From a virus (lineage: Duplodnaviria; Caudoviricetes): a stretch of DNA of 64,000 nucleotides. The stretch is from the IMG/VR virus record IMGVR_UViG_3300020577_011550, positions 13,792-77,791 of that record; one strand, 5' to 3'. The notes under the pieces were generated by a model. The model saw only the letters and a program-made list of their open reading frames with translations. It searched no databases and was not told the DNA's origin. Positions 46,569 to 55,214 of this stretch are shown here, piece by piece (within the stretch, counting starts at the first letter, position 1; each line of letters begins with the position of its first letter). The translations under genes and the position numbers were made by a program.

Positions 46569-47855
46569 CTAAACGAGCGCCTCGTTAATCACCGTAATCG
46601 TGGGCAGGGTCGCGCCGCGCGCTTTCTGCCGTCTTGCCCACAGGGCTTGATAGACTTTCGCGATCCCTGTGTGGAACGTGATGAGCTGTTGAATCTCATC
46701 ATCCGTTAGATTTTCCGAGCAAACCGCGTCATCAGGCGGCGGCGGTTCTTCCACCGGCGGCGGTGTTTCAATGACAGTGAAGGTGGGCACATTGTCGACA
46801 CCTACCGCGACAAACCCTTGCTTATTGTTGTAGGCCGCCTTCACCCACTTGTACCCGCCCGCGTCAATCACAGGCGACAGCCAGACGGTAAATTCAGCCT
46901 CATAGGGAATGGTCTCGATCTTCGGCTGCGCGGTGGTGGCCGTCGGGCGCAGATTCAAGCCGTCCTTCGGGTTGACAGTTGCCTTGCGTTCATCAGTTGG
47001 TTGTGTCACCTGCGCATTCCTTTCATGCCATTCTTGATACGCCGTCTTGGGCGTGCGCTCGACCGTGCTGGCGAGGAGCGTCCATAGCTTGGGCGTCGCC
47101 TTGAAATGCTTCCAGCGCGTGTCGTAGACGCCTTCTCCTTCGCAATAGAAGACGAACGGGTATTTCTTCACGACCGGGGCGAGATTGGTCGTGTACTGCT
47201 CTTCACTCCACCCCATGGCGAGGTATCCAGCCTCCGGTTCGGCGTAGCTCTTCACCGCGCCCACTTCGCCGATCAGGAGCGGCGGGAGCGGGATGCCCCG
47301 CAGCGCCGCTTCATGCTCTAGAAAGTGTGATGTGTCCGTCGCTGTACGATAGCGATTCAGCCGCCACCAGTGAACAACACCCCGCTCGCGCCCCTCGGCC
47401 ATAGCCTCAAATAAGGGCAGGAGCAGGGAATATTGAGCAAATGCCGGATTCCCCGTACTCAGGCAGCACAGGCCGAGCGGAATGCCCGCCGCCGTGCCTA
47501 GCCGGGCCACCGCGACGTGTTTCGCGACGGTGTCCGCCAGCAGCGCCGGGTCGGTGTGGCTGTTGGCGTCTTCGTTGCCCACAAACAGCACGGTCCCTTC
47601 GACGTGGAGCTTGAAAAACAGCTGCGCAAAGCCGTCGGGCGTAACCGTGTTCAGGATGTTGTCATCCTTCCACCAGCGCGAAGCAACAAGCGTGTTAGGT
47701 AGTAAATCTTTTACGTACCTTAGGCGCTGAAGATGCCTGTCGATTGCATCTTTATGCTCGTAAGTTCCGACAATTACTACCAATTGTGGATTGAGCATAG
47801 TAAGTACATTGTCGGGCGTTGGCTTCAGTTCGTGTACGCCAATTCTGGAAAGCAA
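46569..47855 (-). CDS. putative endolysin: clan GH-A-like catalytic domain plus bacterial SH3 domain
   Basis: FVGNE and IGEVG glutamate motifs; GLNLRPT...WVKAAYNNKQGFV SH3b; TTG start after AGGAGG. Confidence 0.6.
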   Translation of the reverse strand: MLSRIGVHELKPTPDNVLTMLNPQLVVIVGTYEHKDAIDRHLQRLRYVKDLLPNTLVASRWWKDDNILNTVTPDGFAQLFFKLHVEGTVLFVGNEDANSHTDPALLADTVAKHVAVARLGTAAGIPLGLCCLSTGNPAFAQYSLLLPLFEAMAEGRERGVVHWWRLNRYRTATDTSHFLEHEAALRGIPLPPLLIGEVGAVKSYAEPEAGYLAMGWSEEQYTTNLAPVVKKYPFVFYCEGEGVYDTRWKHFKATPKLWTLLASTVERTPKTAYQEWHERNAQVTQPTDERKATVNPKDGLNLRPTATTAQPKIETIPYEAEFTVWLSPVIDAGGYKWVKAAYNNKQGFVAVGVDNVPTFTVIETPPPVEEPPPPDDAVCSENLTDDEIQQLITFHTGIAKVYQALWARRQKARGATLPTITVINEALV

Positions 47856-47857
47856 TG

Positions 47858-48754
47858 CTAACTGCCTCCTTTCAGCCACAAGAAATAACCTTCAATGCGC
47901 TGTTTTATTTTCTTAGCTTTTCGCTCGCCAAACCGCCGAACGAGCCAAGCCTCAGGCTCCAAACTATGCTTGGAGTTATTGCAACCACCGACGCCATCTC
48001 TGCTTGAATGACAAAGTGGAATAATGTTTGTTGGCGTCGTTGCCCCCTGAGCAGAAAGCGGCACCCAGTGATCAGCCGCAAGGATCGTCCAGAAGTCTGG
48101 CGCTTTTCCACAGGCAGCACATTTATGATCGAAATATTCGAGCGCCTTATTCCAGTCGGATGATGTAAAGCTCACTTCTTGCTGAAGTTTTCTCGCCCGA
48201 CGCCTATTTGAGTGGACTTTGGCATATTCGGGATGCTTTAGACGATAATTTCGCTGCTGTAAGCGCACTTTTTCTTTGTTGTTTTGTTCATAGATCCGCT
48301 TAGCTACCCTCACTTTTTCAGGGTTATTGAGCCGATACCTACGGACTGCGTCTCGATGTTTTTGTGGGTTTTCGGCGTACAGATCGCGGCGTCGAGCGTT
48401 CAACTCCTCGCCTTTTTCTTTTAGCATCCGTTTCGCGTAGCTTGCTTTACTTTCTCGCTCTGTAAGCAAACGGCATTCTTTGCACGTCCTATTGAGGCCG
48501 TCGCTCGATCTACTCGACAGGTGAAAAAATGCATCTGATGCTGGAAGTGGGCGTTTACAGACATTACAGATTTTTGTTGCTTCTGGATCAGGCCGATACT
48601 CATATCGTGGTTGCTTGGTTGTTTTGCATGCCTTACACCACGATTGATATCTTCCGCGCTTTGCCTTGTAAAATTCGGTGACGGCTTTGACTTGACCGCA
48701 CTTGCTACACCGACGACTCTCTGTGATACAATCAGGAGTACCCATACGAAACAT
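47858..48754 (-). CDS. HNH homing endonuclease
   Basis: Two CxxC zinc modules; CAACG...LAADHWVPLS...NIIPLC...CNNSK; AT-richer; ATG at 48754 after GAAAGG. Confidence 0.9.
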   Translation of the reverse strand: MFRMGTPDCITESRRCSKCGQVKAVTEFYKAKRGRYQSWCKACKTTKQPRYEYRPDPEATKICNVCKRPLPASDAFFHLSSRSSDGLNRTCKECRLLTERESKASYAKRMLKEKGEELNARRRDLYAENPQKHRDAVRRYRLNNPEKVRVAKRIYEQNNKEKVRLQQRNYRLKHPEYAKVHSNRRRARKLQQEVSFTSSDWNKALEYFDHKCAACGKAPDFWTILAADHWVPLSAQGATTPTNIIPLCHSSRDGVGGCNNSKHSLEPEAWLVRRFGERKAKKIKQRIEGYFLWLKGGS

Positions 48755-48922
48755 AACCTTTCGTTGGTTAGAGGCAGTAGGGTGTGTTGGTAGCACCCCT
48801 ACTGCCTTGTTTGATTTCTCCCCTAAGTATAGCACAAATGAGCTATATCCGCCGATCAGCATCAGGATAGAAACGTCAGCTTCAGGGTGCGTTCGGCCAC
48901 CTGATTCACCGTGTTCAGTTCG

Positions 48923-49135
48923 TTACTGGTGCTCAGACTGACGAGGCGCATGTAACGGCGGCCGCCAATTGCCCATAAGCCGACAGGAAACCACGCCGTG
49001 ACAGCGCGCCAAATGCTGGTTGATCGCATCGCCGTGCTCATATGTGCCTACAGTCACCATAAATTGCGGCTGGAGCGCCAGCAGCACAGCATCCGGCGTG
49101 GGCTTCAGCTCATGCGGACCAATCCGAGAAAGCAC
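48923..49135 (-). pseudogene. truncated original 5' end of the lysin gene
   Basis: First ~44 codons (MLSRIGPHELKPTPDAVL...YEHGDAINQHLAR) parallel the lysin N-terminus, then the frame runs into unrelated sequence. Confidence 0.75.
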
Positions 49136-50146
49136 TTACGACACCTGCGCGATCCGGTCAATCAGCATAAAGGGCGATTTCATGATGGCCGTTCTAACTT
49201 CTCCTGAAGCGAGAATGCCTGTCAAATCCCATTCATAGATGCCCGTTCCGACATCGAGATCCAGCCCGAAATCAGCCGGGAAGGTGACTTGCAGCGCCGT
49301 TGCGCTGTATACACTCCCGGTGATGCTCAACACGGGGTTTGTACCGTCTTCGCCCGCTTTGCGGATGCCAAGAGTGATCTCGGTAGCCGCCGTCCAATCG
49401 CCGGTCAGATTCGAGAAAACGACCGTTGGTGTGTTACCACGCACCACGGTGAGCGTTTGCGTTCGCGGATCGTACGAACCGACATAACGAACTGAGCCCG
49501 ACTGAATCAGATCCGTCTTCGTTTTGATCGACGACAATGCCGCGCCTGTCGTTCCAGTCGTCAAATGCTCGCTGCTCGCCTCATCCCACACGGCATCGGC
49601 AATCGCGGCAGCGCTCGTTCCCGCTCCTGTGACCCACGCTGCGTCGCCCCGGTCGCGAATTGCTTCCACGCTATCCGTACTGGCGTCAAACGTGCCGCCC
49701 ACATCGCTGGGCGTGCTGGCCGTTTTCGAGAGAACAGCCTTGAGGAAGCCGAGCACCGTATTGACACCCGATCCGGTAAATGCGCCGATCCGGTTGAGCA
49801 GGGTGGTGAGGTTGGCGGCGATGGTCGAGATTGATGTGACCCATGCTTGTCCGACTTCCAGCTCGACCAGCCAGATCGGATAGTCCGCGGCGGCGTCGAG
49901 GCACTGGAAAACCAGCGTGTATTTACCTGCGCCTTGCAGCGTGGTTTCCGTGCCTTGCAGCGTGTACCCGTAGGACTGCGCCGACGCGCCGTTCGCGCTC
50001 ACGGTCGTGCTCGACGGCGTGAACGCTGTACCGTTCCGCGCTGCGCTCAGCAGGGTAGGGGCGGTACCGAAATTGTTGACAGGCGTTCCCCCGGTCGCAA
50101 ATGTGACCGGGACATAGATGTCAACGCCGACCGCTTCGGTGGTCAT
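49136..50146 (-). CDS. virion structural or tail-associated protein
   Basis: Thr/Gly-rich; AIADAVWDE motif common in phage structural proteins. Confidence 0.55.
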   Translation of the reverse strand: MTTEAVGVDIYVPVTFATGGTPVNNFGTAPTLLSAARNGTAFTPSSTTVSANGASAQSYGYTLQGTETTLQGAGKYTLVFQCLDAAADYPIWLVELEVGQAWVTSISTIAANLTTLLNRIGAFTGSGVNTVLGFLKAVLSKTASTPSDVGGTFDASTDSVEAIRDRGDAAWVTGAGTSAAAIADAVWDEASSEHLTTGTTGAALSSIKTKTDLIQSGSVRYVGSYDPRTQTLTVVRGNTPTVVFSNLTGDWTAATEITLGIRKAGEDGTNPVLSITGSVYSATALQVTFPADFGLDLDVGTGIYEWDLTGILASGEVRTAIMKSPFMLIDRIAQVS

Positions 50147-50367
50147 TTCTCCTCCAGTGCCTTCAAGAGTTCAATCTGTGCGTCGTACCTCGCATCTTCG
50201 ATGCGGTAGGCTTCCTGTACCTGCTGCGCCTCGGTCTGAATCTGTTGCAGTCGAGCCTGAAGACGCGCCGCCTCGTCATTCAGTTCGCCGAGGTGCTTGC
50301 TCGTGCGGTAGTGCGCTTCCTGCTTCTTCTGTTCGAGCTGTTCAATCGTTGGGATGGACATATACAC
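50143..50367 (-). CDS. small coiled-coil protein (tail-fibre chaperone position)
   Basis: Heptad-rich, 74 aa. Confidence 0.55.
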   Translation of the reverse strand: MYMSIPTIEQLEQKKQEAHYRTSKHLGELNDEAARLQARLQQIQTEAQQVQEAYRIEDARYDAQIELLKALEEK

Positions 50368-50370
50368 TCC

Positions 50371-51414
50371 TTATGCCGCTACCATCGGAATTTTGTAATT
50401 CGTGCCGTTGATCGATACGGTGATCGTGTGCGTCGGCGTGATCGTTTCGGCTGTCGGCGTAGTATCGATCCGCAGACTGTCGCACCTCAATGCGGCCTGT
50501 ACGTCAACCGCTGTTAAAAACGTCCAGTCACCCGCCTCGGCCATTTCCAAAGTTTTCAAGACGCCCGTGGTTGTGGCGTTTACGCTCGATCTCGTCCAGA
50601 ATGAGAGCATTCTCGATACAATTTGCAAATAGGGCTGTCCACCGTCTACCCCGTACCGCTGTGTAACAAGCCTTAATGTCTGATCCGCACCCGTGCTAGT
50701 CCGTAGTGCCAGCAACCGAACATCGTTGCCGCCGCTGCTGCTCCCGGCCAGAGGCAAATTAGGCGCGAATGCAGTACCGTTAATACGAAATTCTGAGCCG
50801 GAGTCCACTTCGACAACACCGAAAGCGTGCCAAAAGGTAATCCCGACGCTTTGCAGGCTGTTGTGAATGCGCGTTCGTCCATCGGGGTTCACATTGGTGA
50901 ACGTGATGCCCGCTGTGCCGTGTTCCGTGTTTTTGAAAAGCACACTTGACGCATTTGCGGTTAATGACGTGAATGTTCCCGCCGCTGGGGTCGTGCCTCC
51001 GATGGGTGGCGGCGTGGTCAGTGCGCTGGTCAAATCCGCCGACAGAATCGCGCCGACACTCAGTGCCGCGCCTGCGCTCGACTGTTTCACGAATTGGTTC
51101 GAGCCACCCGTCGCGCTGAGATCCGCAGCCGTGCCGCCGCGCGCCAGCGCGAGCTGTCCACTGGTGATTTTACTGGCGGCAAGACTTGGAATATCGCTTG
51201 CAGTCAACGCCCCGACCGACCATGTATTTGCGCCTGTGCGTTGCGCGAATCCGGTCGAGGACAGCGCAGCCAGTGCCGTGAGATCGCCGTCGAGCGGTTG
51301 ATAGACCGCCGCAAGATCGGGGATAAACCCAATGGCGATCTTGCCGTCTGCCCCGGCCTTCGGGATCTTATATGCGCCTGCCGCCTGACTGATGGGGTAC
51401 AGTGGAACGCCCAT
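50371..51414 (-). CDS. tail fibre-like protein
   Basis: YQPLDGDLTALAAL, IPSLAASKITSGQLALARGGT. Confidence 0.65.
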   Translation of the reverse strand: MGVPLYPISQAAGAYKIPKAGADGKIAIGFIPDLAAVYQPLDGDLTALAALSSTGFAQRTGANTWSVGALTASDIPSLAASKITSGQLALARGGTAADLSATGGSNQFVKQSSAGAALSVGAILSADLTSALTTPPPIGGTTPAAGTFTSLTANASSVLFKNTEHGTAGITFTNVNPDGRTRIHNSLQSVGITFWHAFGVVEVDSGSEFRINGTAFAPNLPLAGSSSGGNDVRLLALRTSTGADQTLRLVTQRYGVDGGQPYLQIVSRMLSFWTRSSVNATTTGVLKTLEMAEAGDWTFLTAVDVQAALRCDSLRIDTTPTAETITPTHTITVSINGTNYKIPMVAA

Positions 51415-51415
51415 G

Positions 51416-51865
51416 CTAGTTTCCTCTCAAAGCTCCAAGTAAAGCCTGATACTCTGCACCCGTCATCACAATCGCCGCACATGGGTGTGTGCCGTAATGC
51501 TCACCATTCGCATCGGCCTGCGGGGTTGGGTCAGCGAAGGGCAGGGCATAGTAGGCATCGGGCGTCTGTTCTGACCAGAACACGTCGAACCAGCGTTCCG
51601 AGCCGTCCGCCATCTCAAAAGTGAGTGTGAGTTCCGGCATCACATCGCTCGTCCACGCGAACCCGCCGTTGGCGTAGCCCACCCAGAACGACCGCTCGGC
51701 ATTGATGTTGAGCACGGCTTGAATAGCCTGTGCATCCAACTGGTAATCTGTCCACGTCGCGGTGTCATAACCTATCCCGGAGACGGGCACACCAAATTGC
51801 GGACAGATATTGATGAGCGGCGTCTGCAGGGCGATGGCAACAAAAAAGGCGCTGAGTAGTCTCAT
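51416..51865 (-). CDS. secreted hypothetical protein
   Basis: Hydrophobic N-terminus. Confidence 0.5.
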   Translation of the reverse strand: MRLLSAFFVAIALQTPLINICPQFGVPVSGIGYDTATWTDYQLDAQAIQAVLNINAERSFWVGYANGGFAWTSDVMPELTLTFEMADGSERWFDVFWSEQTPDAYYALPFADPTPQADANGEHYGTHPCAAIVMTGAEYQALLGALRGN

Positions 51866-52137
51866 CGCGCCTTTTGCATTTTCGGTGATATTCGCCGCCG
51901 GGCGAACTGCCGCTGTTTCATCCGCGTCTGTGCGTGCAGCGCCTTTACGTCACTGCGCAATCGCGCATTCTCAAGATGTGCGTTCGCCAGATCGAGCGTG
52001 AGCAGCCGCATACGCTGTTCAGCCTCCGTGAGCGATCTGAGTAATTGGGCATTCGCATCGGTGAGCCGGTCGCTGTGCCCGTCAATCGCAATGGTGAGCG
52101 CGTCGCGTATGGCGACCCAGATTTGCAGCGTGCTCAT
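51862..52137 (-). CDS. coiled-coil hypothetical protein
   Basis: Overlapping starts and stops. Confidence 0.5.
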   Translation of the reverse strand: MSTLQIWVAIRDALTIAIDGHSDRLTDANAQLLRSLTEAEQRMRLLTLDLANAHLENARLRSDVKALHAQTRMKQRQFARRRISPKMQKAR

Positions 52138-52952
52138 CGCATCTGCTCAAGCAGCCAAATCAGCAAAGGCTCTATCCACCCTTGCGCCATGCCCCCTGCA
52201 AAGAGCGTGCCGAGCACCGTCACCGTGACTGCGCCAACCTGCACCCCGACCGATTGCTTCAAAAACGCCTTCCAGGAAGCATTCAAAGCGTGTTGCAGGG
52301 ACTTTACGCCTAAAGAGCGCACAGTCTCAATGAGTTTATGATCGGCATCCACAATCTTGCGGATACCCGCCAGTTCGCTGGCGTGCGTTTGCTGAACCAA
52401 TTCGACGCGCGTACTCACTGCCTTCACGTCGTCGCGCAGCGCGTGAATCAGATCAAAAAGAGACGGGTTGCCTTCGCCTTTACCCGCCCCACGTACGTCG
52501 CTCATCAGCAGATTCAAGTCAACAGCAACCCCCGCTGTCTGGACGCGAAGTACATCGACCTGCTGCTCTGTTTCCACTTGCCGATCCCGCACAAACTGCA
52601 CGCCCGCGCTATTGAGATTGGTGAGCGCCTCGACCATCCCGCTCACGCGAGATAGGTCTCGGTCGCTGGCATCTTTCTTCGAAAGCAGCTCGCCTAGCAT
52701 ATGTTTCAGTTCACTCAATTGCTCTTGCACGGGCGCGATCACTTTGGCAATCGCTGCATCCACTTCGGCATGTGTCGCTTTATCGGCGAGCGATTGTTGA
52801 AACGGCGCGAGTTTCGCATCCAATTTTGCGTCGAGCTTCTCATCAAACATCGACGCGATTTCGGTTTTGAGGCGTGTGTCACGCACGGAGAGCATATGCT
52901 CAATATTCTCGATGGTGACTTCCACAGCGTCGCCTCCCGTTACGTCTGACAT
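52134..52952 (-). CDS. coiled-coil protein with C-terminal TM segment
   Basis: Heptads, then VGAVTVTVLGTLFAGG. Confidence 0.6.
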   Translation of the reverse strand: MSDVTGGDAVEVTIENIEHMLSVRDTRLKTEIASMFDEKLDAKLDAKLAPFQQSLADKATHAEVDAAIAKVIAPVQEQLSELKHMLGELLSKKDASDRDLSRVSGMVEALTNLNSAGVQFVRDRQVETEQQVDVLRVQTAGVAVDLNLLMSDVRGAGKGEGNPSLFDLIHALRDDVKAVSTRVELVQQTHASELAGIRKIVDADHKLIETVRSLGVKSLQHALNASWKAFLKQSVGVQVGAVTVTVLGTLFAGGMAQGWIEPLLIWLLEQMR

Positions 52953-52983
52953 CCCTTATCCATCACGTTAACCTTCCCCCGGT

Positions 52984-53056
52984 TTAAGCAGATCGGCCGC
53001 TTTACAAGTTCCCCCGGGGAAGGCTAGGAGGCTTGTAAAGCGGCCGATCTGCTTAA
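52984..53056. repeat. perfect 25-bp inverted repeat with 23-nt loop
   Basis: TTAAGCAGATCGGCCGCTTTACAAG / CTTGTAAAGCGGCCGATCTGCTTAA. Confidence 0.9.
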
Positions 53057-53139
53057 CAGTGACCGCTGATCCGTACATCTGTTCTCATTATACAAGGGCG
53101 GTCAATATGCTGGATCGAAGAGCTAACACTTGTGAATTA

Positions 53140-54117
53140 CTAGTGATAATAGCTCTTATCAGTTTCAAATCGCAAAAAGCGCGAACGCCGCCGATTCAGC
53201 TTACCGCCCAGTGCTGCGATCAGAATCACCAGCGGCACGAATACAGGCGCAAGCAGCCGATTATCCGGCACGTTGATATAGGTGGTCGCGCTGCTATAGA
53301 CGACCATGCCGACATGCAGTAGGACAAAGTACCCGGCAGTGATGAGCACAGGCCATGGAAGTCGCAAGCGTTCGCGCCAGCCAACAAAGGTCACGAGGAG
53401 AAGCACCGGAAACCAACTGAACAGCGTGCCGACGGCGAATAACGCTGCGCCGTCCAGATGCATGTCCGCTGCGCCCCGATCCGCGCCCATCGCTGGATAG
53501 CCGAGCGCGACGTTGCGCAGCATCCAGAGGCCAATCGGCACGCCTGCGATCACAAGGTACACCGCAATGCGCTTCCGGTGAACGCGATGCAGCAGGAGCA
53601 GCAGTCCGCCGAGCGGGATGAACAGCACCCCCGTGTAGCGCTGAAGTGCAAGGAGCGCCGCGACGAGGCCGAGCAGCGCCACCTGCGACCAACTTTGCAC
53701 CCGGAGCGAGAGCGCGAACCACGCGGCGACGAGTGTCAGGTAGAGCGGCTCTGACCACGCCCACTGATGCACGTACTGGAGCGGCATCGAGAGCAGCAGC
53801 GCCGCACCCATAAGGGTCTGTGAACTCCAACGCAGGCGCGGCGGTAGAACTGCCAGCATGATCCCAACCGTAATTGCGTAGCACGCTGCGTTCATAAGCC
53901 GAATAGCCGTCTGCACATCAGCAAACGGCGCAAGGAGCAGTGGGTAGAGCGGCGGCCACCACGAATAATAAGTCGGGATGCCGCCGACGTGCCCGATGTC
54001 CCGTGCGGCTTGGATATAGCTCTCGCTGTCTGGTGAGAATTGAACACCGCCGGGAGTCAGCGCCAGCACCAGCACAAAGGCCAAGATAGCAAAGATCGGA
54101 TTGAGGAAGCGGTTCAT
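53140..54117 (-). CDS. GT-C superfamily (ArnT/PMT-like) integral membrane glycosyltransferase
   Basis: SPDSESY in the first loop, PPLYPLLL, WSEPL, RYTG, RLLAP; many TM segments. Confidence 0.75.
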   Translation of the reverse strand: MNRFLNPIFAILAFVLVLALTPGGVQFSPDSESYIQAARDIGHVGGIPTYYSWWPPLYPLLLAPFADVQTAIRLMNAACYAITVGIMLAVLPPRLRWSSQTLMGAALLLSMPLQYVHQWAWSEPLYLTLVAAWFALSLRVQSWSQVALLGLVAALLALQRYTGVLFIPLGGLLLLLHRVHRKRIAVYLVIAGVPIGLWMLRNVALGYPAMGADRGAADMHLDGAALFAVGTLFSWFPVLLLVTFVGWRERLRLPWPVLITAGYFVLLHVGMVVYSSATTYINVPDNRLLAPVFVPLVILIAALGGKLNRRRSRFLRFETDKSYYH

Positions 54118-54191
54118 AGCCCTCGATGCCATCAAGCGACAGATACTGTCGCTATTATAGGATCGATAGACATTAAACACCCTGAAGGTTG

Positions 54192-55214
54192 CTATGCCCA
54201 GATCTCCCCGATCGCGCCGCTCTTAAACACGTTCGTTAAGCCTGCGTCACCATAGAATGACGTCGTGCCGACACTCCCGCCGATTTCCAGAAGTTGCAGG
54301 TAATGGTAGCCGATGCCCGGATACCCGCGATAGATGGAGGTCAAGGGAAGCGCGACGGAATGCGCGCCACCTCCTGAGATGCTATCAGTCGCACGGGCGC
54401 TTGTAGAATCTAGGCCGATCCCCGTCCCATGTGACGCACCGGAGCTGTTGCTCGATGCGGCGACGAACGTCAGATTGACGGGTTCTTCGCTCAGTCCGAT
54501 CACAAACTGCGCGCGGTTGTTGGCGCTGTTATTCCACGAACGGAGCGTGGTCGTGTTGTACGTCCAACTGTCGGTTGAATCGGCGATGAGTAATCGGCGC
54601 GGCTTGCGGTTGTAATTGTTCCACACGTAGCGCTTAAGCACGCTGTCCTCACACTGCCCCGTTGATGCAGTCGTGCGGAACGTGCCGAGATACAGCTTGG
54701 TCGTATCGCCGCTTTTGACGTAGGCTCCATCTTGCAGGGTCAACGCGGTCGCGCGGGTTGTGCCGTTTGTCCACGCGACTGCCGAAAGCGTCGTGCCGTC
54801 GTCGTCAAGGAACACGTCGTAATTCGTATCAGCAGTCAATCCTGATAGGCTCAATGTGAGTTCGGTAAACGTCACATCTGTCCACGCTGCCCCATTGTAG
54901 AGACTGACGTGATTGCCTTTGTATGGCGTGAAGTAAAGTGAAGTTTTCGCCGTCTGGTCGCTCGTGCTATAGGGCACGCCGCTTTCGAGCGTCAACACAC
55001 CGTCGCAGCGTCCTGGCATAACCGTACTGCCACCGCCGCTGCTACCGACTGTTACCCATGCAGAATCGCCCGCATTCCGCCGTTTTAGTTGATAGGGCGA
55101 AGACGAGGTGTCCAACCAGTATTTTCCGGCCCCAACTGCGCCGGGATCGCTCGTTTGCACATAATGGAACGCCTCGTGAAGATCCGTTCCAGTCAAACTG
55201 CTGTGAAGTCCCAT
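54192..55214 (-). CDS. tail-associated structural protein
   Basis: LTLESGVPYSTSD...LYFTPYKGN pattern of phage tail proteins. Confidence 0.6.
   Translation of the reverse strand: MGLHSSLTGTDLHEAFHYVQTSDPGAVGAGKYWLDTSSSPYQLKRRNAGDSAWVTVGSSGGGSTVMPGRCDGVLTLESGVPYSTSDQTAKTSLYFTPYKGNHVSLYNGAAWTDVTFTELTLSLSGLTADTNYDVFLDDDGTTLSAVAWTNGTTRATALTLQDGAYVKSGDTTKLYLGTFRTTASTGQCEDSVLKRYVWNNYNRKPRRLLIADSTDSWTYNTTTLRSWNNSANNRAQFVIGLSEEPVNLTFVAASSNSSGASHGTGIGLDSTSARATDSISGGGAHSVALPLTSIYRGYPGIGYHYLQLLEIGGSVGTTSFYGDAGLTNVFKSGAIGEIWA

Noticed and set aside
52984-53056. Protelomerase (telRL) site of a linear plasmid prophage
   Set aside because: Known telRL sites are loopless palindromes; this has a 23-nt loop, and no protelomerase is in the window.
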